Source: a virus. Taken from it: a DNA stretch of 64,000 bases. Within the stretch, counting starts at the first letter, position 1; every line of letters begins with the position of its first letter. The notes beneath the pieces were generated by a model, which saw only the letters and a list, made by a program, of their open reading frames with translations, had not been told where the DNA came from and did no database searches. Positions 59,074-64,000 of this stretch are shown one piece after another. The position numbers were made by a program, and so were the translations under genes. The stretch lies in IMG/VR virus record IMGVR_UViG_3300025640_000009, positions 2,453 through 66,452 of that record. One strand, 5' to 3'.

Positions 59074-59370
59074 CTATTGCATTAAGTACATTCCGGTAAC
59101 CCCACCGACGATGCCGGTAACAAGGATCCAGAATAATTTATTTATAACTGTAACAACGATTTCATTCGAAGTTACTTTTGTTTCGAGAGCTTCTAACCGC
59201 TCTACGATCTTTAATATTTGCACAGCTTGAGCTTCTCCGTATTTCGCTAACATTGTAATCTTTTCTTCTGCCCGTGCTATGGATATAATAGCCTCTGATA
59301 ATGAATCGAGTTTGTTTTCGATTCGATCAAGGCGAGCATTTTGATCTGAGTGGTCTTTAGTTGGTGACAT
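59074..59370 (-). CDS. Coiled-coil protein with a C-terminal TM
   Basis: RLDRIE.KLD.L..AI..IARAEE followed by a hydrophobic C-terminus. Confidence 0.7.
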   Translation of the reverse strand: MSPTKDHSDQNARLDRIENKLDSLSEAIISIARAEEKITMLAKYGEAQAVQILKIVERLEALETKVTSNEIVVTVINKLFWILVTGIVGGVTGMYLMQ

Positions 59371-59371
59371 A

Positions 59372-60043
59372 CTACTTAAGTTCCTTTTGTTGTTTAATCC
59401 AATCCTTTGCAGTTTTGTTTTGCAATGGACGTTTTAAAAATTTCTGTACCTGTTTATAGGCTTTGACCATTACGTCTTCCCCAGCATTATTGTTATCCAC
59501 AACAATAAAATTATTCACTCCAAAATAGTTTTGAGCCTTACCTATATTATTTTGTACTCTATTCCATGAGTCAATTACTAAAGCCTTTGGAAGAGAACGT
59601 TGTCGTTGTTTGTTTCTCTCTAATGCCACCTCTAATGAAGTATTTACGAATACCATATATGTATCATATCCGAAACTTTTTAGCATTTCTGAACTAGTCT
59701 TTATATTTTTAAAATCTTTACCAGTACCATCAATAGCTAATCCTAAACGACCTTTCATGTATATTGATTGTCGTTTACCTGTCATTTGTTTTGCCTTGGT
59801 TCTTACAGCAGTATGTTTGCTGGTATAACCTTTTCTGAGATCAGGATCTAAATCATTCTTTTTCATACCAAGCTCGAATAAGTCATCAGAATTAATTGTC
59901 TTAAGACCACTTGACTTTGGTATTACATTAAAGGCAACGTATGACTTACCACTGCCAGGTCCGCCGGCCATATAGATCGCTTTAAAGATTCCAGGATCAT
60001 TTACACCTTCATCTATAAAATCTTTAAAATTATCCAAACTCAT
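59372..60043 (-). CDS. P-loop kinase (AAA_33 / zeta-toxin-like)
   Basis: AGGPGSGKS, INSDD, IDGTG and ALERN..R.R. Confidence 0.85.
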   Translation of the reverse strand: MSLDNFKDFIDEGVNDPGIFKAIYMAGGPGSGKSYVAFNVIPKSSGLKTINSDDLFELGMKKNDLDPDLRKGYTSKHTAVRTKAKQMTGKRQSIYMKGRLGLAIDGTGKDFKNIKTSSEMLKSFGYDTYMVFVNTSLEVALERNKQRQRSLPKALVIDSWNRVQNNIGKAQNYFGVNNFIVVDNNNAGEDVMVKAYKQVQKFLKRPLQNKTAKDWIKQQKELK

Positions 60044-60272
60044 GCCCTGCTACTCTTTTCATTTGCTTACTAAACTCAGCAAAATCAGGTTTATTTTTAT
60101 AGAGTTTAATAGTAACCTCAGGTCTTTCTTTACCTTTGATTCTCCAATTAAACCCTTTCTCTTTATGTTCAGGTTTAGTGGTCTTTACAACACGACGTTT
60201 AAAGCCAGCTTCATAGCCTTCGCCCTTATGCTTACCTTCGCCTTCTGCTATAAACTCACTAAATCTAATCAT
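60030..60272 (-). CDS. Small putative internal head protein
   Basis: MIRFSEFIAE closely resembles the T4 capsid-targeting sequence MKTYQEFIAE. Confidence 0.7.
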   Translation of the reverse strand: MIRFSEFIAEGEGKHKGEGYEAGFKRRVVKTTKPEHKEKGFNWRIKGKERPEVTIKLYKNKPDFAEFSKQMKRVAGHEFG

Positions 60273-60274
60273 TA

Positions 60275-61120
60275 TTACTCGCTCTTGTATCGTGGATCTG
60301 CCCGGTATTGATATGGTGTTGTAACATCGTCTGCGCTTTTAAAACTTTTAGCTGACTTTTTAATGTTATTTAGTGCAGCCAAAACTTTGTTGAAGGCCTT
60401 TTCGTCAAAATCATTACCAGCTTTCAGACCTCTTAATACTGATTCGAGATCCTTTGCTGCTCTAGGTAATTCACCATTAATCATATTGCCAGGAATTCGT
60501 TTAAAGGCTTCATCAAGTTCGACAGCTTCATCAACCTTTTTATATAACTGCTTAGATGAATTCCATTCCCAATCGGCTTTATTAAAACCTTTCTTTTTCT
60601 TTTCTTTTTGGTACTTAACACCATCAATATAGGTTGGTCCAGCTTCATCAAGACCTTCTGCATACATATTGTATCCACGAACATCTTCTTCATCTTGCAT
60701 TTTCTTTATAAACGCTTCTGCGGCTGATTGGTTCTTAAAAGACTTTTTCATCTTTTTACCATTCCACAATTCGACTGAAGCAATTACTTTCGTCGCAGCT
60801 TCATCAACTGATTCCTTAGTATCTAAAACACTAGGATCAACTAAATTCTTTTTGTTATTCTTAATGTGTGCATTCATCATTTTGTCTGCAGATTTCTCAC
60901 CACCTAAAAAATATCCTAAAAGATACGCATCAGCAGCGCCTTGAGCAGCTTTAGGTGTCTTAAATGAAACCTTACCAGTATATAATGTATTACCTTTAGT
61001 CTTATGAACGACATTAGCCCTATGTCCACCAAACTTTGATTTCTCAGAAGTTGCGTTATAGTCAGATGCCTTAGCCTTTGCTTCAGTAATTTCTGATCGG
61101 AAAGATTTAAATTTCTTCAT
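60275..61120 (-). CDS. Modular putative internal head polyprotein
   Basis: MKKFKSFRSEITE N-terminus and repeated (V/L)DEA junctions. Confidence 0.65.
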   Translation of the reverse strand: MKKFKSFRSEITEAKAKASDYNATSEKSKFGGHRANVVHKTKGNTLYTGKVSFKTPKAAQGAADAYLLGYFLGGEKSADKMMNAHIKNNKKNLVDPSVLDTKESVDEAATKVIASVELWNGKKMKKSFKNQSAAEAFIKKMQDEEDVRGYNMYAEGLDEAGPTYIDGVKYQKEKKKKGFNKADWEWNSSKQLYKKVDEAVELDEAFKRIPGNMINGELPRAAKDLESVLRGLKAGNDFDEKAFNKVLAALNNIKKSAKSFKSADDVTTPYQYRADPRYKSE

Positions 61121-63047
61121 TGTTATTGTCCTTTAAGTAATCTTTGAATGATACTGCAGTATCTTCGAATGCTAAATGTTTAGGTAGTAAACCTTTCTTG
61201 ATCATATCATGAAAAGTCTTATTTAAGTTTCTATAGTCAAGGCCGGTAACCTTAGCTGTTTTCTTCATAATCTTAGATGCGTTATCAGTATCACCTGATG
61301 ATTTCTTACGTTGATCAAGGTAGTATCTTACAGCCTTTTTGTACACAGGCTTCTTAAGTACTCGATCAAGATAACGATCTAGGTCAGGTAATCCGATATC
61401 AGATAGTGGACTTTCAGATAGTTCACCAGGAGTTATTTCTTTTGCGTGTTTAGTATATTCGTCTGTACCAATCTCGTACGATTCAACCTTAGAGGCGAGG
61501 TCTTTATCAGCGCCACCCCATGTACCTTTTGATTTAGTAACGAATGAATTAACTCGAGCGAATGCCCATTGTTGTGGAGTAGTACCTGGACGATGACTTG
61601 TTTTCCATGCACCCATTCCACGATCATATACCTTTTTAAGTATACCATATGGCATGCCAGTTTTTTCTGCTTTCTTAACAAGGCCAGCAATTTTCTTTTC
61701 TTGAAGATCTTCTTTGAATGATTCGGTTGCTGTTTTTATTAACTTAAATGGGCTACTATTTTTCTTTGGATTAAATATAATTATTGCTGGTAAATCTTTT
61801 TGAAAATCTCTTGGGTCATAATCACTATAAACAAGACCACTATAACCATTATCCATAAGTAGTTTTGTACCTTTCATTGCTAGTACTTCTTTTGCAGTAG
61901 GATTTTCTACTAGATCAACAGTGTAATCGTCAAGATCTTCTTTTGCATCTTTAAATAATTTTTTCACTTTAGGATCATCTTCTTGAGCAATATTACCTTT
62001 AGGTTTAGTTTCATATACAAACCCTTGCCCACCATCTTCAACCCTATTAGGTAGCCATCCATCTAAAGCATGTTTAAGTTCTAAAGCAAACCACATAGGA
62101 GTAGATTGCCCTTTTGTTTTTACACCAGATGTATGGTATATCTTATTAACTTTAACTTCTTCACCAAACATTTTCTTATATTTTTTAGTATGTTTAGACA
62201 AAGGCATATCTTTTGCTTCATCTAGTTTTTCAACTGAATCTAACCAACATCGTTTCTTTTTACCATCAGCGAATTCAACTAATACATAATTGGCACCAGT
62301 CATTGTAATGGTACCAACATCATTTGATTCTTTTACGACAACAGTATCACCTTCATCAAATAACTTACCAGCTTTATACTGTTCACGTTCTTCTGATACT
62401 GTTTCTAATTGGACATGTGTACGGTGATTATGAGACTCTTTAAGACCCATACCTTTGCGGATAGCATTGAATAATTCTTTTCCATCTTTATAACCAGATG
62501 GCATACCTTTACTAAATTCATTAAAATCATTATCAGAAGCTGCAGCTCTTAACTTTGATGCACTCATACCAGATACATCATCTGAATCAGGATCTCTTGC
62601 TCCAGCACTTACTACTTGGATTCCACCTTCAAATTGATAGAAACCATGACGACCTTTTTCACCATTGTATTTGTTTAATAGCTTATCGAATTCTGTTAAA
62701 CGATCTTCACCAACAACCATATTAACTTTGGTGAAACCTTGATCATATAAACGAGTTACGATATCAAATACAGTACGGACATTTGAATCTGCCATAATGC
62801 TTCGAGCATACTTAGGAAACATCTTACGAAGGAATTTGATTTTATCTTTAAACTTGAGAGGATTCTTTTTGGGATCATTAGACTGCGAAGCATATATTCT
62901 GAACTGACCCGATCCTGCTTTTTTCTTTAAAGCATCAAAGACCTTTTCATGGCCATTTGTTGGAGGGTTGAACCTGCCAAAAACGAACGTGATCTCGTTA
63001 GTTTCTTCGGATAGATACTCGCTAAAGCGTTTTGGATTATACGCCAT
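61107..63047 (-). CDS. Multidomain protein: cytidylyltransferase-like N-domain, putative ADP-ribosyltransferase-like domain and further modules
   Basis: FGRFNPPTNGH, VVGEDR and SAG.RDPD...GMSASK.R. A central YH...WFA...GY.GLVY...IIIFNP segment is followed by a YDRG..AW...HRPG....QWA.ARVNSF domain. Confidence 0.8.
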   Translation of the reverse strand: MAYNPKRFSEYLSEETNEITFVFGRFNPPTNGHEKVFDALKKKAGSGQFRIYASQSNDPKKNPLKFKDKIKFLRKMFPKYARSIMADSNVRTVFDIVTRLYDQGFTKVNMVVGEDRLTEFDKLLNKYNGEKGRHGFYQFEGGIQVVSAGARDPDSDDVSGMSASKLRAAASDNDFNEFSKGMPSGYKDGKELFNAIRKGMGLKESHNHRTHVQLETVSEEREQYKAGKLFDEGDTVVVKESNDVGTITMTGANYVLVEFADGKKKRCWLDSVEKLDEAKDMPLSKHTKKYKKMFGEEVKVNKIYHTSGVKTKGQSTPMWFALELKHALDGWLPNRVEDGGQGFVYETKPKGNIAQEDDPKVKKLFKDAKEDLDDYTVDLVENPTAKEVLAMKGTKLLMDNGYSGLVYSDYDPRDFQKDLPAIIIFNPKKNSSPFKLIKTATESFKEDLQEKKIAGLVKKAEKTGMPYGILKKVYDRGMGAWKTSHRPGTTPQQWAFARVNSFVTKSKGTWGGADKDLASKVESYEIGTDEYTKHAKEITPGELSESPLSDIGLPDLDRYLDRVLKKPVYKKAVRYYLDQRKKSSGDTDNASKIMKKTAKVTGLDYRNLNKTFHDMIKKGLLPKHLAFEDTAVSFKDYLKDNNNEEI

Positions 63048-63078
63048 TCTTTTTTATTCCTCGGTTCCCATCTAAAGG

Positions 63079-64000
63079 TTATCGACTCGGTGAGTCCCAA
63101 CCTTTAATAATATCTTTGCTGAAGTTATTAGTCGAAAATTCTAATCGATCAACCAATTTAACAGCTCCACCTTCCATACGATCTATAGCAACAAAACCTT
63201 CAGGGTTGGTTACTTTAAATCCGGATTTAGTCTTCACAAATGTATTAATATTTGATAGACTGTTAAGTTTATTTATAATAATTAATTTTGCATCTACCAC
63301 AGAATTCTGTAAATCGAACACTTTTTTTAATGTTTTTGTATTCTTTTTACTAAAAAACGATAATAATTCATCTCTCTTATCAGTTTTTCTTTGTTTGCCC
63401 TTATCAGATTTTAGCTTATCGATTTCTTTCATATAACGTTGGTTAACCCAATCAATAAGTTCTTTTGTATGAGCATCAGTATTCGTAATCCTTGTATTTG
63501 CTCTTACCTTTGTATTATTGAATACATTGATCATAAGATTTAATTCTTTATTCTGTTCAATCTCTTTAAGCACATTACCAGAGATTTCTTTAAATGTTTT
63601 TCCTGCCATTGATAAATGCTTTGTGACTTCAGCAGTTTCTTTTGCAGTAAACGTAGCAGTACCTGATAGATCTGGTAGGTTAGCATCAACAGACCATACC
63701 TTACTTGTTGGTTTAAGTTTAGAAGCAATTGATTTACCAAACTCAGCTCTCATAGTTTCAAAGGTTGGACCAGTATATACAGTATGCCATACGATACCAA
63801 TCTCAGCTTTAGAGATTTCTTTTTCCATATCACTACCTTTTGGCACTGCATATACGATAGCATTTGGATGGAAGGTTGTATACTTAACTCCATCAATTGT
63901 TTCTGATCCAAGGTCAGATTTGTCATACATAAAGTCACCTTGAATAACACCTTTAATGCCTACACCTTTTAGATTATCAAAGGCCATCTTTAACTTCTTT
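63079..64000 (-). CDS. Conserved T4-like protein upstream of the cytidylyltransferase (5' end beyond the window); ligase-like motifs
   Basis: QGDFMY, F.PN.I.Y, IGIVWHT.Y, PEGFVA and VKLVDRLEFS. The frame stays open to the window end. Confidence 0.75.
   Translation of the reverse strand, partial: KKLKMAFDNLKGVGIKGVIQGDFMYDKSDLGSETIDGVKYTTFHPNAIVYAVPKGSDMEKEISKAEIGIVWHTVYTGPTFETMRAEFGKSIASKLKPTSKVWSVDANLPDLSGTATFTAKETAEVTKHLSMAGKTFKEISGNVLKEIEQNKELNLMINVFNNTKVRANTRITNTDAHTKELIDWVNQRYMKEIDKLKSDKGKQRKTDKRDELLSFFSKKNTKTLKKVFDLQNSVVDAKLIIINKLNSLSNINTFVKTKSGFKVTNPEGFVAIDRMEGGAVKLVDRLEFSTNNFSKDIIKGWDSPSR

Noticed and set aside
59372-60043. Zeta-toxin link to LpxC through UDP-GlcNAc
   Set aside because: The kinase substrate cannot be inferred from the motifs, no antitoxin is evident, and the genes are 22 kb apart.
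1-64000. Stop-codon reassignment, tRNA genes
   Set aside because: Core genes are full length in the standard code and end in all three stops. No cloverleaf or T-loop pattern was seen in the short intergenic gaps by eye; tRNAscan-SE would be decisive.

Overview
AT-rich 64-kb segment of a T4-like (Tevenvirinae/Kyanoviridae-grade) myophage genome. The host is probably a marine Gammaproteobacterium, inferred from a Pseudomonas-type lpxC, spanins, class Ia nrdAB and phoH. Layout: (1) 1-26.4 kb, minus strand, tail fibre and baseplate block (fibre, giant virion protein, gp8, gp7, gp6, gp25, short fibre plus chaperone, PAAR, gp5, hub, gp53, gp48). (2) 26.4-31.1 kb, plus strand, gp4, gp2, gp54-like, gp26, gp51, a membrane protein and a tape measure. 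(3) 31.1-55 kb, minus strand, replication, early and auxiliary genes (gp32, gp59, dsbA, gp33, small early ORFs, lpxC, a secreted-protein trio, cell-wall enzymes, groES, phoH, denV-like, rnh, nrdCBA) under repeated TTTACA-N17-TATAAT promoters. (4) 55-64 kb, lipase, spanins and a cluster of proteins with T4 capsid-targeting-like N-termini. Main leads: capsid-targeted polyproteins that look protease-processed and carry kinase, nucleotidyltransferase and ART-like domains; a U UUU UUU -1 frameshift site that would fuse gp26 to gp51; an intact leaderless phage lpxC; an orphan antisense early promoter; and two orphan perfect Shine-Dalgarno elements. No tRNA, rRNA, CRISPR array, intron or reverse transcriptase was seen. 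All calls come from motif recognition by eye, without database searches.
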